64,000 nt of DNA, from the NCBI GenBank assembly GCA_034440515.1, contig JAWXCF010000099.1, positions 2,270 to 66,269 on the forward strand, read 5' to 3'. The notes below the pieces were generated by a model. It made no database searches. It was given only the letters and a program-made list of their open reading frames with translations, and was not told the DNA's origin. Positions 20,268 through 31,348 of this stretch are shown in pieces. The translations under genes and the position numbers were made by a program. Every line of letters starts with the position of its first letter. Position 1 is the stretch's first letter. The DNA comes from Bacteroidota bacterium. GTDB taxonomy: Bacteria; Bacteroidota; Bacteroidia; CAILMK01.

Positions 20268-23200
20268 TTATTTAACTATAGTCACATTACCTGATTTATA
20301 ATGCTCTGAACCTTCCCAACCGGTGTAGGTAACTATATAGACAAATACATTTAGAAAGCTTTCATTATTGTTAAATATAGCATCCCATTGCTCTTTTTTA
20401 TTGCCTGTTGTCCACACACGTTGACCCCATCTGTTATAAATGGTCATATTATAGTCTTTTACAAATACGGGTACAGTTTGCCATTTATCATTTGTCCCAT
20501 TCCCATTTGGTGTAAATGAGTTAGGTATGTGCAATATTGGCTCTTGATACAACTTTATTTTATTACTTAAACTGTAGGCTCCTCTTCCAGGTTGATTTTC
20601 CCAAGCTTTAACTTGATAGTAGTATAGACCCACATCATAATTTAGATTATCATCATAAAATATGATTTGTTGGGTACTGTCTATAATTTTTTCTGCTGTA
20701 AGTGGATCAGTTCTATGTATTTGATAGTTTCTTATTTTTCCATCCCATATTTCATACTTGTTCCAATTTAATTTACTTGAAAATGGTACTGAATTACCCT
20801 TTAGCAATATAGTGCAGGCATAGTTACCCTCTGGACTAAATAGACCGCACTGAGTATTCACTACTACTTTATAACAATAGCTATAGGCTGCGACATTTAC
20901 ATTGCTATCATTTATAGTAGTGTCACTAATATCCTTATATTCTTTCAGTAAAACCCAATCGCTATTTGCTGTATTAGTACGTTTGTATATCCAGTACCTA
21001 TAGAAATCTTCTTTTTTATATTTATTCCATATCACCTGTACATATTTATTGTTTTCTACAGTGGCAGTCCACATATATACTTTTTCTGGAATGCTATCCT
21101 TGTCCGGAATAGAGCAAATTTTTCTAGTACTGTCTCCATTTTTATCGCAAATAGATACACCATAAATAAAGTAACAAAAGTTATTAGTAAGGTGATCCGC
21201 AGCATCTCCATCAATATACTTTTTGTCTAAATCTGATGTAATTGTATGCAATATTATTTCTCTTCCATCAGGAAAAACCTTAACTATTTTATATGATTTT
21301 ATGCTTTTGGTAATTTTAAACTCGTCCCAAGCTAGGATTAATACATTCTTGCTTTGCCTTTGTATGCAGAATATTTTAGGGGCTGGTGGTGCTTTCGGTT
21401 CTTTCACCAATATTTTTAGATATTTAATGGTTCGCCTAGGGGAAGGGCAACCATTATCTCTAGCTATAATTGTAACTGTGTAGGAATCTTTGCTGATGTG
21501 ATTACAATTGGTAATCCAATTAAATCTAGCTGTAGTTTTACCAATTGCAGAGTCAGATTTAAATGTAGCAATTGGTAGCTTGGTAATTTTAGCGTCAAGT
21601 GGGCTGCCCGTAGCATATACGTATATGCTGTCAGACAAATCTCTATCTACAATGTCAAAATTGAAGTCTATAGTATCACCAGCAGTTACGGTAATAACAG
21701 AATCTTTAAATTCTGGTGCATAATTAGATGAGTTTAAGTCAATTTTAAAAAAAGCATTGTTACATCCCCCTTCGTTAGGGTCGTTCGGACGCTTACCTCT
21801 ATTTACTCGGCTCCAAGCTCCATCTGTAGTTGGGAAATCACTAAAACCGCCGCAACCCCCACAAACACTTTGATATACTTTACCGTCACTGTCAAACCTG
21901 CTCGTGCCACCATCTACGTGTTCTTGACTGATGTTTCCACCAAAGAAACTGCCATAAACTATAGAGTTCAAATCTCTACTTAATATAATAAGGTAAAAGT
22001 CGCTACCATCTGTTGTAGTTTGATAAGCATCTGTTGTAGTTCTTAGCCCTATAGTATTTCCTGTAATTGGGTTATACTGATTGTTCGCGCCACCGCCCCA
22101 TCCACTTAGACAAATCCTATAGCAGTGATCCACTAAAAATGCAGAAGGTGATATGTCTATTTGAGTGCGTCCAGAACCAATAACTGTAGATCTGATTAAT
22201 GATTTCAAATCATTAGACAAAATGGTAATAAATTGGTGACCAGCTGTATTAAAATAAACACCTTGGCTTACTGGAAAATTACCTGCAGATTGACCTGTTA
22301 CATAAACTTTATCTTGTAAATCAATTTGAATTAGAAAGGTTTGGTCGTATTTTTCTGTACCCAAATAAGTACCAGATAAAATGTTGTTACCGTTTGGATC
22401 AAGTTTATATATGTAACCATCTATTTCGTTGTTATAACTACGTTGATATGCCCCTACAGGTATTTTTGGCAAATCAACACTTTCTGTGCCACCACATATA
22501 TAAATGCTTCCTTTACTATCTATGTTAATTCCATAAGCAGCATCTAGCCCAGATCCTCCAATGTATGATGAAACCAGAAGGTTAGATAAGTCATTACTTA
22601 GTTTAATTACACAACCATCTTGGCCACCACTACCGTATCCACTTTGATATGGAGATGCGATTGGGAAATTTCCGCTTTGGGTAGATGTAGTTACCCAAAT
22701 ATTATTGCTTTTATCCACTATTACTTCTCCTCTGTATTGGTCACCATAGTTATAGGCTAGTCTGCCAGAAGGATAGACTGAGGGTTTCTCTGCATTTAGA
22801 CCATCTCTGCCACCGCCACCTATATAAGTACTTCCTTTTAATACGCGACCATCGTTAGTTAGTTTAGAAATATAGATGTCGTAATTACCCTTATTAGATT
22901 TAGAATAAGCGTTGCTAGCAATTGGAAAATTTAAACTATTAGTGGTACCAAAAATGACTAAGTCACCATTGGCATCTACAATCATACTATGAGGTTGATC
23001 GTTACCTGAGCCACCTAAATATGTACACCATATCTTTACAGACCCTGTAGGATTATATTTAATTATACCTGCATCTCTGGCTACTTCATTTAAGCCCTGG
23101 TCATCTATTCCACCATTATAATTGCTTTGGTATGCGCCAAAAGTAGTTGGAAATCCTTTACTGTATACTGTACCGCCACTATAGCTATTACCCTCTTTGT

Positions 23201-23999
23201 CAAAAGTGCCGGTAAAGCCGAAGTTATCGGCAGCTGACCCACTAAATGTTGCAAATATGACTTGAGGATCAATAATTAAGTCGATATCCTTATTGTATCT
23301 ATTAATTTTATAACTCAAAATTCCTGACTTTATTTGAAACTTAGCTTCTATAACAGTTTTAACTTGATTTTCAAAGTTATACTGTTCTGCTATAGGTTTC
23401 TCCTCAATAATATCGCCGAGCTTTGTGTTAATAACGAAATTTCCAGTATCCGTTAATTGGTAGTCTTCTGCACCGATAATTTTAAGTTTTATATCATCGA
23501 CATTTCCGCCTGGGTGGACTATATAGTTGTATTTAATTCCATAGGAATTAGTTATCATTTCTACATCAATATTTGGCCATACTTTTCTAAGTATAATGCG
23601 CTTATAGCTTTTAACTTTAGATTTCCATTTTTTAGAATTAGAGCCTAGAAAATAGTTAGAATAATATTTTTCTGGTTCAAACTCCTCTACCGATTCAGGT
23701 TGTGATGCATTACCAGCAAAGGCAATTTTTACGGAATGAAATTGAATGATACTGCTACTGCCGAATTGATCGTGAAGTACTTTTTTCAAAGCTGCACCGT
23801 CCCATAGGTCATAGACTACACCAGTCTTTGTAACATAAATATTTCCATAAGATAGACTTATTTTATGGGTAAAGTCTCCTTCCCATTGTCCGACGTTTGG
23901 CGTAAAGTTTACTTGAGAAAATGAAGGCTTTGCAAAAAATATAGCAATGACAATAAATACGTACTGCACATATTTGCAGGTGGTTTTATTTAAGGTCAT
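20268..23999 (-). CDS. Large secreted protein with SBBP (beta-propeller) repeats and a T9SS type B (CHU_C-like) C-terminal sorting domain
   Basis: Signal peptide (MTLNKTTCKYVQYVFIVIAIFFAKPSFSQ). Repeated YLGGSGNDQ.../YIGGGGRD.../SYIGGSGLD motifs (PF06739-like). C-terminus ...IPNSFTPNGNGTNDKWQ...MTIYNRWGQRVW... matches the gliding-associated CHU_C / type B CTD. Confidence 0.8.
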   Translation of the reverse strand: MTLNKTTCKYVQYVFIVIAIFFAKPSFSQVNFTPNVGQWEGDFTHKISLSYGNIYVTKTGVVYDLWDGAALKKVLHDQFGSSSIIQFHSVKIAFAGNASQPESVEEFEPEKYYSNYFLGSNSKKWKSKVKSYKRIILRKVWPNIDVEMITNSYGIKYNYIVHPGGNVDDIKLKIIGAEDYQLTDTGNFVINTKLGDIIEEKPIAEQYNFENQVKTVIEAKFQIKSGILSYKINRYNKDIDLIIDPQVIFATFSGSAADNFGFTGTFDKEGNSYSGGTVYSKGFPTTFGAYQSNYNGGIDDQGLNEVARDAGIIKYNPTGSVKIWCTYLGGSGNDQPHSMIVDANGDLVIFGTTNSLNFPIASNAYSKSNKGNYDIYISKLTNDGRVLKGSTYIGGGGRDGLNAEKPSVYPSGRLAYNYGDQYRGEVIVDKSNNIWVTTSTQSGNFPIASPYQSGYGSGGQDGCVIKLSNDLSNLLVSSYIGGSGLDAAYGINIDSKGSIYICGGTESVDLPKIPVGAYQRSYNNEIDGYIYKLDPNGNNILSGTYLGTEKYDQTFLIQIDLQDKVYVTGQSAGNFPVSQGVYFNTAGHQFITILSNDLKSLIRSTVIGSGRTQIDISPSAFLVDHCYRICLSGWGGGANNQYNPITGNTIGLRTTTDAYQTTTDGSDFYLIILSRDLNSIVYGSFFGGNISQEHVDGGTSRFDSDGKVYQSVCGGCGGFSDFPTTDGAWSRVNRGKRPNDPNEGGCNNAFFKIDLNSSNYAPEFKDSVITVTAGDTIDFNFDIVDRDLSDSIYVYATGSPLDAKITKLPIATFKSDSAIGKTTARFNWITNCNHISKDSYTVTIIARDNGCPSPRRTIKYLKILVKEPKAPPAPKIFCIQRQSKNVLILAWDEFKITKSIKSYKIVKVFPDGREIILHTITSDLDKKYIDGDAADHLTNNFCYFIYGVSICDKNGDSTRKICSIPDKDSIPEKVYMWTATVENNKYVQVIWNKYKKEDFYRYWIYKRTNTANSDWVLLKEYKDISDTTINDSNVNVAAYSYCYKVVVNTQCGLFSPEGNYACTILLKGNSVPFSSKLNWNKYEIWDGKIRNYQIHRTDPLTAEKIIDSTQQIIFYDDNLNYDVGLYYYQVKAWENQPGRGAYSLSNKIKLYQEPILHIPNSFTPNGNGTNDKWQTVPVFVKDYNMTIYNRWGQRVWTTGNKKEQWDAIFNNNESFLNVFVYIVTYTGWEGSEHYKSGNVTIVK

Positions 24000-24173
24000 C
24001 GTATTTATTTATATTTAAAGAATTTAATTAGTAAATGTACTATTAATAATATTAATAGCCCAGTTTTATAAAGACGTTTTTTAAAGTAAAATCGTTGCGT
24101 AATAACAACAGGGTTGAAAGAAATGTACATTCCCTTCAACCCTGAAAAAAAAAACAGTAACGCAGAAAAAAAA

Positions 24174-27100
24174 TTATTCTGAATCCTTTGCCTCAAATAT
24201 GGTTGAGCCAACTTCGTTGAGGATTTTCCAAGTTCCGTCTGGCTCTTGCCTTTCTATGATGTATTTATCTACACCAGACTTCCATTGGGTATATGCTGAC
24301 CATTTTAGCCTTACAATGTCACGGGAGTTTACTCCAGACAGTATAATGTTATTACCATAGCCTCCTATTGCAGACTCTGTATGGCAAACATTTTCTATAA
24401 GCACTCTATATAGGTATTTAGTTTTATTTGCATCCGTTACTCTGTCTATATACATTGTACTGCTTCTATTTGCAGTTCCTACAAAGTTCCAATGAGAACC
24501 AGAGTCTTCGCTACGTTCAATAATGTACATATTTACCTGATTAGCTAATGTATCTGGGAATTTCCATTCCGTCATTATTTCATAGTCTGATATAGTAGAG
24601 CTACGTACAACGTTTACATTTTGCTTAGCAAATGCATTGCCTGTAGTTGATACAGTAGTATCGCTAAATGCAAAAATTGAATCTCTTTGCAGTTCTGCTA
24701 CTACTCTGTACTGCAATTTATCAGGGCAATAGTTACTATAATCTATATATGTTGTGATGCCACCTTTAATTGAATCTACAAACACAGTTTTTGTATTTAA
24801 TTCATCATATATATTGCCACTAAAGGTCTTATATAGTAGATATTTTTTAGGCGTTGCTCCTTGATATGGAGACCAAGATACATTTACTACGTTGGTGCCA
24901 ATTGTTTCAGACTTTATATTAATAGACGAATGGTAGTTTAATTCAGCTAATGATAAACCTAAACCACACCTGTCAACTGTTTGTATAACTAAGTCGTAAA
25001 TACGGTTTCTGGTATCTAATGAATCAAAAATTAACTCAACTTGATTGATATTGCTAACAACAGACTTAAGTTTCCAATTTCTGTCAATATCGTTTCTCAT
25101 ATAGACATTATAAGATTTAAAGTAAATATTTGTAGAAGCTTTCCAACTTAATTTCAGGGTTTTGTCGTCCAATATTGACACAGACTTAATAGTTGATTTA
25201 ATAAGTTCATTGCGCTCTAGCACCGTTATAGCGCTGTCTAAAGTGAATGAGTTGTAACAACCTGTTTTGTCCCAACTAATTAGGGTAACAGTATAAACAC
25301 CAGCCTCAGTATATGAAAATACTGGGTTTTTTTCATTGGAGCTGTTACCATCGCCAAAGTTCCACTCCCAACGTATTGCATTAACACTGGAATCTAGGAA
25401 AGATACAGGTAAGCCTTGGCAAGTAACTATATATGAAATTCCGAAATGTGTATTTGGACCTAAGATGGTAATAAAATCTTCTTTGATTAGTGTGTCAGAA
25501 CAGCCTGATATGTTGTAGACAATAAGTTTGACTGTGTATTTGCCTGCTTTATTATAAATGTGTGCTGGATTTTTTAAGTCTGAACTAACGTTATCGCCAA
25601 ATTCCCATCTCCATCTATAAGCAGCTGTACTCGTATCAAAAAATTGAATCACAGCTGGGGCACAGTCAGAAACGTTATCTACATAAAATCCTATTTTAGG
25701 CTTTCCTATTTTTAAAGTATCAGATAGTGTAAATGTATCTATACAAGTTCCTGTTCCTTTTACCCTTAGCTTAACTATATATTTACCTGGGTTTACATAT
25801 TGGTGCGCTGGTGTAGAATCTGTTGAGGTAGTTCCATCGCCAAAGTCCCATAAAAATTCTGTTGCGTGTTGGCTTTTATTGGCGAATTTCACTGGTTTTT
25901 GTCCGCAATTTCCATCATCATCCACTGCAAATAGTGAGGTAACTATTTCATACCCTTTCTTTTTCACAGTAGTTACACAACCATTACTATCTTCTACTGT
26001 AATAGAAACGGGTTTAGTTGGTTTTTCTTTAAAAATGTGAACTGGGTTAGCTTCTGTAGAGGTAAATCCATCACCAAAGTCCCAAATTTGATAGACTGTC
26101 CCTTTAGAAGTATTGGTATAATTAACAGTAATTGGGAAGCAATATTCACTTTGTTTATGTGTAAAGTCTACCCTCGGTTTCAATACTGTAACTGCATTAA
26201 TACTAGTTATTACGCTGGTGCAGTTGCCGTATTTTGCTTTTAAGGTTACATCGTATACACCTGGTTTGGTGTATATGTGCATAGGTACAGAATCATTGCT
26301 TAATGCTGTACTATCTCCAAAATTCCATTCGTAAGAATTAGCTCCGATTGATAAGTTTTTAAATATTGGTCTTACTGTGTCACATCCTATATGTTGCCCA
26401 AGTACTTGAAAATCTGCCTGTGGATCTTTAACTACTACGCTATCTTTTGATACGTAAGTATATTTGTTACCACTTTTGTCATATAGATTTAAGCTAACCT
26501 GATAAGTACCTACTTGGGTATATATGTGCATTGCGTGACTATCAAGCGAGGTATTCCCATCACCAAAATCCCAAACCCATTTATCTATATATGTGAATTT
26601 ATGTGTTGTAAATATTGGCTTACCAACACAAGCCTGGCTGGCACCAAATGTAAACATATTAGTAGGGTAGCCAACCATTACTATTTGGCTGCTCTTATTA
26701 CTACAGCCACCAAAGTCAGCTACGTTTTGTACAATATTGAAATGATCGATACTGTCTAAACCTCTATGTAAGTAGGTATGACTAGGGTTTTGCTCGGTAC
26801 TAATTCCATTGTCACCAAAGCTCCATAACCAATCATTTCCTGATGATGAACTGTCCGTACAGATCACTTGAGTTTTATCTACACTGGTTAAAACGTGCAA
26901 TTTAAACTTAGACTTAGGGTCAGTAACTGATACAATATTTTTGAAAACTTTGTCACCAGAACTAGTTGTCCTAGTTAATGTAACTGTATAATTACCGGGA
27001 GTATTATACAAGTGAACTGGGGTTCTAGTATTACTTGTTTTACCATCACCAAATTGCCAAACCCAAGCAGTTGCAGTACTATCATAATCTCTAAATTGTA

Positions 27101-29468
27101 CGAAAAATGGAGCGCAACCTTTATTACTACTCATATAAATAGAATCATAAGATATTGACTTGTTGGGTACTATTGGTGTTGGTGGTTTTGGTATAACAAA
27201 TGGGCTAAGTCTGTAAACCACTGTACAAATACCATTGCTAATGGTTAATCGTATTTTATAATTGGCAGAATCTATATATGTATGAGTCGGATTTTCGAGG
27301 TTTGACACTTGACTGTTATCGCCAAAATCCCAAGAATAAGTATTTGCACCTACAGCATTAGCCTTAAAGTTTAGTGTTGAAGGAAATTTATTTTGAGCAA
27401 TTTTAGGCTCAGGATTAGCAAATAAAGTCGTAAAACTTATTGTTGCTGAATCAGAGTTTGTACAACCTTCTGGGGTCATAGTTGTTAAGTTTACCTTGTA
27501 CTTACCACCAATTTTATAATTATGGCTTGGGTGCCTTTCTGTACTGCTGGTTCCGTCCCCAAAGTCCCAATACCAACTGGTAGCTCCCAATGTACTATCA
27601 CTAAATTTTACCAGGTGCGGTGGACAATCATCTTGTTTAAAAGAAAATTTGGTTTCTAAATCACGCACAATTACTGTTTGATAATTTGGAAATTCTAAGG
27701 GACATCCATTATAGTTTCTTACTTTTAGGGAAACCTTGTATGTTCCATTCTTAGTGTATTTGTGTTTTGGTGATTTCTCAACAGAAGTGTCACCATCACC
27801 AAAGTCCCATCTATAATACTTGTTACCACTAGCATCAGTAAATTGAGTAGAGTAAGGCAGGCAACCGTAAATAGGTGGTGGAGTTTGGTAATTAGGATTT
27901 ACATTTTTTACGTCTATAATAGTATCATACCCTACGGCACTACTACACCCATTATTATTTATTACCCACAATTTTACTCGGAATTGACCTTCACTAGTGA
28001 AAATATGTGTGGGGCTTTTTAGCATTGATGTTTTTCCATCACCAAAATCCCATTTATAGCTGGTCATATTTTGGCTTTTATTCTCGAAGATGACCCTTAA
28101 TGGCGGGCAGCCAATATATTTATCTGGCGAATAATAGGCGATTGGTAATGAATCAACAAGTATGATACTGTCTTTTTTCACAAGGTCAAAACATCCACTA
28201 GTACCTGTTATGCTAAGTGTGACAGAATAAATCCCAGACTTGGTATAGGTGTGATTCGGGTTTTTTAGTGATGATGTTTGACCATCTCCAAAATCCCAAT
28301 TATAGGCAACAGCACCAGTACTTGCATCAGTAAAAGTGAGCGTGTAAGGTACACAACCCCTTCCCTGTCCAGTAAAAGCAGCTTGACTCGCACCTGCAAC
28401 GTTTAAAAAAGATTTCTCTAAAAGATTGACTTGGCAGCCGCCTAATGTAACAAATTTTACACTAATACTATAGCTTCCAGATTTAGTGTAGGTATGTATT
28501 GGCTTTAATTCTTTTGAAGTCACTCCATCGCCAAAATCCCAAGTAATGTTTTTAACTGAATCTAAACCAAATACTGATAATATAACTGAACCATTATTAC
28601 AAACTTTCTTATTTGAAGCTGTAATGGCATACTTAGCACCGTCCCTAATTAAAATATAATCTTTTAGAGCAATACTGTCTGTACAACCATTAAAATTATA
28701 GGCTACAAGGCTCACTGTAAATATGCCAGTCTTGCCATATATATGTGTAGAAGATCTACCAAAAGAAGTTTTACCATCACCAAAATACCATTTCCACTTA
28801 ATGTTGCCACTACCAGTTGCTGTCAATGTAATACCCTTGTTACTATCACATAGATTAGTAACGTCAGCGCTAAAGTCCATATTTGGTTTTGCATAGACAT
28901 AAATTAATGATTTCTTTTCGTTAGCTACTCTACATCCAAAATTGTTCTCTCCAATTAACTTGACTGTATAGTATCCAGATTGAGTATAAGAATGTTGCGG
29001 ATTTGCAATTTTTGAAATATTTCCATCACCAAAGTCCCAAACGTATTTATTGGCATTTGTAGATGTATTTGTAAAGCTAATGCTTGTACCTGGGCACATA
29101 GCCTTAATATTTGCATCAAAATTCACTTTTGGTTGAACTACTATATTTACTGCATTTTTCCAAGTAAATGTGTCGGTTATTCCTAATGAATTTTCAGCAA
29201 TTAAGCTAATTGTATATTTACCCACATTAGTATAGATGCTACTTGGATTGTTAAGCGTACTAGTTGTACCATTACCAAATGACCAGTAGAACTTGGTTGC
29301 TCCAGTAGATTTATTAATAAAGTAAACTTTTAGGGGTGAACACCCTAGGGTGTCGCTTAACTCAAATAAAGCCTTTGGGGTAGATTGAGCATAAGTCAGT
29401 TTCGATATGGATATTAGTAATAATACTAATATACCCATACGAATAAGGATAATTGTGGTGCTTTTCAT
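24174..29468 (-). CDS. Giant (1764 aa) secreted PKD-repeat protein (about 17 PKD domains plus C-terminal FN3-like domains); no recognisable T9SS CTD
   Basis: Signal peptide MKSTTIILIRMGILVLLLISISKLTYAQ. Many repeats have the PKD signature (W/Y)DFGDG(T/N)TS...NP.H.Y...G.Y.V.L. The C-terminus ends in FN3-like units without the FTPNGDG/NRWG or Por_Secre_tail motifs. Confidence 0.8.
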   Translation of the reverse strand: MKSTTIILIRMGILVLLLISISKLTYAQSTPKALFELSDTLGCSPLKVYFINKSTGATKFYWSFGNGTTSTLNNPSSIYTNVGKYTISLIAENSLGITDTFTWKNAVNIVVQPKVNFDANIKAMCPGTSISFTNTSTNANKYVWDFGDGNISKIANPQHSYTQSGYYTVKLIGENNFGCRVANEKKSLIYVYAKPNMDFSADVTNLCDSNKGITLTATGSGNIKWKWYFGDGKTSFGRSSTHIYGKTGIFTVSLVAYNFNGCTDSIALKDYILIRDGAKYAITASNKKVCNNGSVILSVFGLDSVKNITWDFGDGVTSKELKPIHTYTKSGSYSISVKFVTLGGCQVNLLEKSFLNVAGASQAAFTGQGRGCVPYTLTFTDASTGAVAYNWDFGDGQTSSLKNPNHTYTKSGIYSVTLSITGTSGCFDLVKKDSIILVDSLPIAYYSPDKYIGCPPLRVIFENKSQNMTSYKWDFGDGKTSMLKSPTHIFTSEGQFRVKLWVINNNGCSSAVGYDTIIDVKNVNPNYQTPPPIYGCLPYSTQFTDASGNKYYRWDFGDGDTSVEKSPKHKYTKNGTYKVSLKVRNYNGCPLEFPNYQTVIVRDLETKFSFKQDDCPPHLVKFSDSTLGATSWYWDFGDGTSSTERHPSHNYKIGGKYKVNLTTMTPEGCTNSDSATISFTTLFANPEPKIAQNKFPSTLNFKANAVGANTYSWDFGDNSQVSNLENPTHTYIDSANYKIRLTISNGICTVVYRLSPFVIPKPPTPIVPNKSISYDSIYMSSNKGCAPFFVQFRDYDSTATAWVWQFGDGKTSNTRTPVHLYNTPGNYTVTLTRTTSSGDKVFKNIVSVTDPKSKFKLHVLTSVDKTQVICTDSSSSGNDWLWSFGDNGISTEQNPSHTYLHRGLDSIDHFNIVQNVADFGGCSNKSSQIVMVGYPTNMFTFGASQACVGKPIFTTHKFTYIDKWVWDFGDGNTSLDSHAMHIYTQVGTYQVSLNLYDKSGNKYTYVSKDSVVVKDPQADFQVLGQHIGCDTVRPIFKNLSIGANSYEWNFGDSTALSNDSVPMHIYTKPGVYDVTLKAKYGNCTSVITSINAVTVLKPRVDFTHKQSEYCFPITVNYTNTSKGTVYQIWDFGDGFTSTEANPVHIFKEKPTKPVSITVEDSNGCVTTVKKKGYEIVTSLFAVDDDGNCGQKPVKFANKSQHATEFLWDFGDGTTSTDSTPAHQYVNPGKYIVKLRVKGTGTCIDTFTLSDTLKIGKPKIGFYVDNVSDCAPAVIQFFDTSTAAYRWRWEFGDNVSSDLKNPAHIYNKAGKYTVKLIVYNISGCSDTLIKEDFITILGPNTHFGISYIVTCQGLPVSFLDSSVNAIRWEWNFGDGNSSNEKNPVFSYTEAGVYTVTLISWDKTGCYNSFTLDSAITVLERNELIKSTIKSVSILDDKTLKLSWKASTNIYFKSYNVYMRNDIDRNWKLKSVVSNINQVELIFDSLDTRNRIYDLVIQTVDRCGLGLSLAELNYHSSINIKSETIGTNVVNVSWSPYQGATPKKYLLYKTFSGNIYDELNTKTVFVDSIKGGITTYIDYSNYCPDKLQYRVVAELQRDSIFAFSDTTVSTTGNAFAKQNVNVVRSSTISDYEIMTEWKFPDTLANQVNMYIIERSEDSGSHWNFVGTANRSSTMYIDRVTDANKTKYLYRVLIENVCHTESAIGGYGNNIILSGVNSRDIVRLKWSAYTQWKSGVDKYIIERQEPDGTWKILNEVGSTIFEAKDSE

Positions 29469-29890
29469 TGTTTTGGTTATTCAATACCAGCCATTCTACT
29501 TATTCTAAAGGACCAACAAATTAAGGAAAAGCGTAATGCTATTCTTAATAAGCGTTGTAGTTAGAATCGATTAAGTGACTGTATTACGTTACTGGATACA
29601 AAACTATTGCGATTATTTGGCTAGATTTTTCTAAACATCACTAGTTGGTTTCTTTTGTAAGGTTTTTGAGTCTTTGTTCAAATTGAGAATTATTAAACTA
29701 ATAAGATTAGAACTAATGTGATGATGTATAAGTACTTAATATAATTCTTGTTAATATTTATTCCTTTTAGGGGTTGAAATGTGTATAATGATTTGGTAAA
29801 AAAATGAATATTTCCTCTTACTTATTTTGCTGATAGTGTAATAATTAGGATTTTTACCTAAATATTAGAAAAGTAAAAAAGCATAATTGT

Positions 29891-31342
29891 ATGGACAACC
29901 TAATAAAGACTATTAGAAAATTAAATGATGAAGACTACATTTCGTTAAGAAACGAAGTGTCAACCAATAAGCAGAGTAAGCCATTTCAAGTTTTGGAATT
30001 AGCAAGAAACCAAAATATGAATGACAACCAAATTATGGAGTTACTTCAGGTTAATCCAAGTACCTACTATACCCTTAAGTCTAGGTTAAATAGCAAAGTG
30101 GCAACCATATTGAGTAAAAAAGTAGATAATCCTATTGGTGTCCTATTAGAAGAGGTAACTAGAGTACCTGCTACCATATACGGTGACAATAAGTCGATAG
30201 CCATACGTGCGCTAAAAGAATTAGAAAAACAGTTGATTGAGTATGATTTAAGTAACGAATTAATTACAGTCTATAAAGCTATAAGCAGACTAAAAATGTA
30301 TAGTCCGGAATATGATCAATATAGCAAGTTGTATAATAAATATGTTGCATTCTCACTAGCTAGTAGTAAGGCAGAGTTTCTTTTTTACGATTTTTTAAAA
30401 ACTGCAGGCGAATTTGGACTTTCTTCATCTGGAGAAGATTCTGAAAATATGCAGAACTTGCTGCGTGAAATGAGTAATATTTCTGAGCTATATGAATCGC
30501 ACAGATTAAGTGTTTACTTTAATATATCTAGAATTTACTATTTGCTTTTGACATATAAGAGTATAGAGTCTCTGCAAAATAAAGAGATGGAAATAGACCA
30601 AACTTTGCAAGAAATAAAAGCAACATTTGATAAATACGAGTTAGATACATTTTATAGCAATCTAAAATTTATAGTAGATTGCTTATATACAGAGTATTAT
30701 ATAAAAATAGGGAACTTGGTACGTGCTAAATACTATTATAATCCTGCAAACGCACAAATAGTAGATATTGCTAGCCAGCACATTCAGGCTTACCACGTTA
30801 CACAGTTTCTAGATGCAAAAGTGAAAATGTATATGGATACAGATGATTTAAATTATCTGACAGATAATCTTGTTGAGTTACAGTCAGTATATGAAGTAGA
30901 CGCTGAGGAAATATTTCATTATGTAAATCTACAGAAGTACTTGTCTATAGTTAAATTTTATGAGGGAGATTATAGTGCCTCTGCGCTAATTCTAAACAAG
31001 TTAAAAAATAAGATGAACCTAAAGTCATATACTTATATAGATATGGACCTTAAAATGTTTCAAGCATTACAATATGCCATTCTTAACAACGGCGACCTAT
31101 GCCTACAGATAACCAATAGCATCAGCAGAAATGTAAGAGAAGATAAAGATAGCCACCTTCCTGTAAAATTTGCTATAAAAATGGTTAAAACAATATTGAA
31201 AGAGGGTATGGACAAAAGCAAACGAGTAAATAAAGTAAAAGCATTGCTAAAAGAAGCGCAAACCTCAACTGCGAATGATGCTGGAATACTTACTTACATT
31301 AAACTTAACGACGAGGTATTATATAAAATGGGTAATAAATAA
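29891..31342 (+). CDS. Hypothetical protein, putative regulator (possible N-terminal HTH followed by a long helical/TPR-like domain)
   Basis: The N-terminus NMNDNQIMELLQVNPSTYYTLKSRLNSKV looks like a sigma-70 region 4/LuxR-type HTH. The remaining roughly 400 aa is helix-rich with no other motif. It is divergently arranged from the PKD giant gene across a 422-nt AT-rich intergenic region. Confidence 0.35.
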   Translation: MDNLIKTIRKLNDEDYISLRNEVSTNKQSKPFQVLELARNQNMNDNQIMELLQVNPSTYYTLKSRLNSKVATILSKKVDNPIGVLLEEVTRVPATIYGDNKSIAIRALKELEKQLIEYDLSNELITVYKAISRLKMYSPEYDQYSKLYNKYVAFSLASSKAEFLFYDFLKTAGEFGLSSSGEDSENMQNLLREMSNISELYESHRLSVYFNISRIYYLLLTYKSIESLQNKEMEIDQTLQEIKATFDKYELDTFYSNLKFIVDCLYTEYYIKIGNLVRAKYYYNPANAQIVDIASQHIQAYHVTQFLDAKVKMYMDTDDLNYLTDNLVELQSVYEVDAEEIFHYVNLQKYLSIVKFYEGDYSASALILNKLKNKMNLKSYTYIDMDLKMFQALQYAILNNGDLCLQITNSISRNVREDKDSHLPVKFAIKMVKTILKEGMDKSKRVNKVKALLKEAQTSTANDAGILTYIKLNDEVLYKMGNK

Positions 31343-31348
31343 GCACCC

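Noticed and set aside
24110-24175. Palindrome cagggttgaa...ttcaaccctg as a terminator of the PKD giant
   Set aside because: On the minus-strand transcript the U-tract precedes rather than follows the hairpin. On the + strand it is followed by A10. It is therefore not a canonical intrinsic terminator in either direction, though it may still be structural or regulatory.
24005-24211. 68-aa minus-strand ORF
   Set aside because: It spans the intergenic palindrome and T-tracts. Its F/L/K-rich low-complexity translation is typical of AT-rich non-coding DNA.
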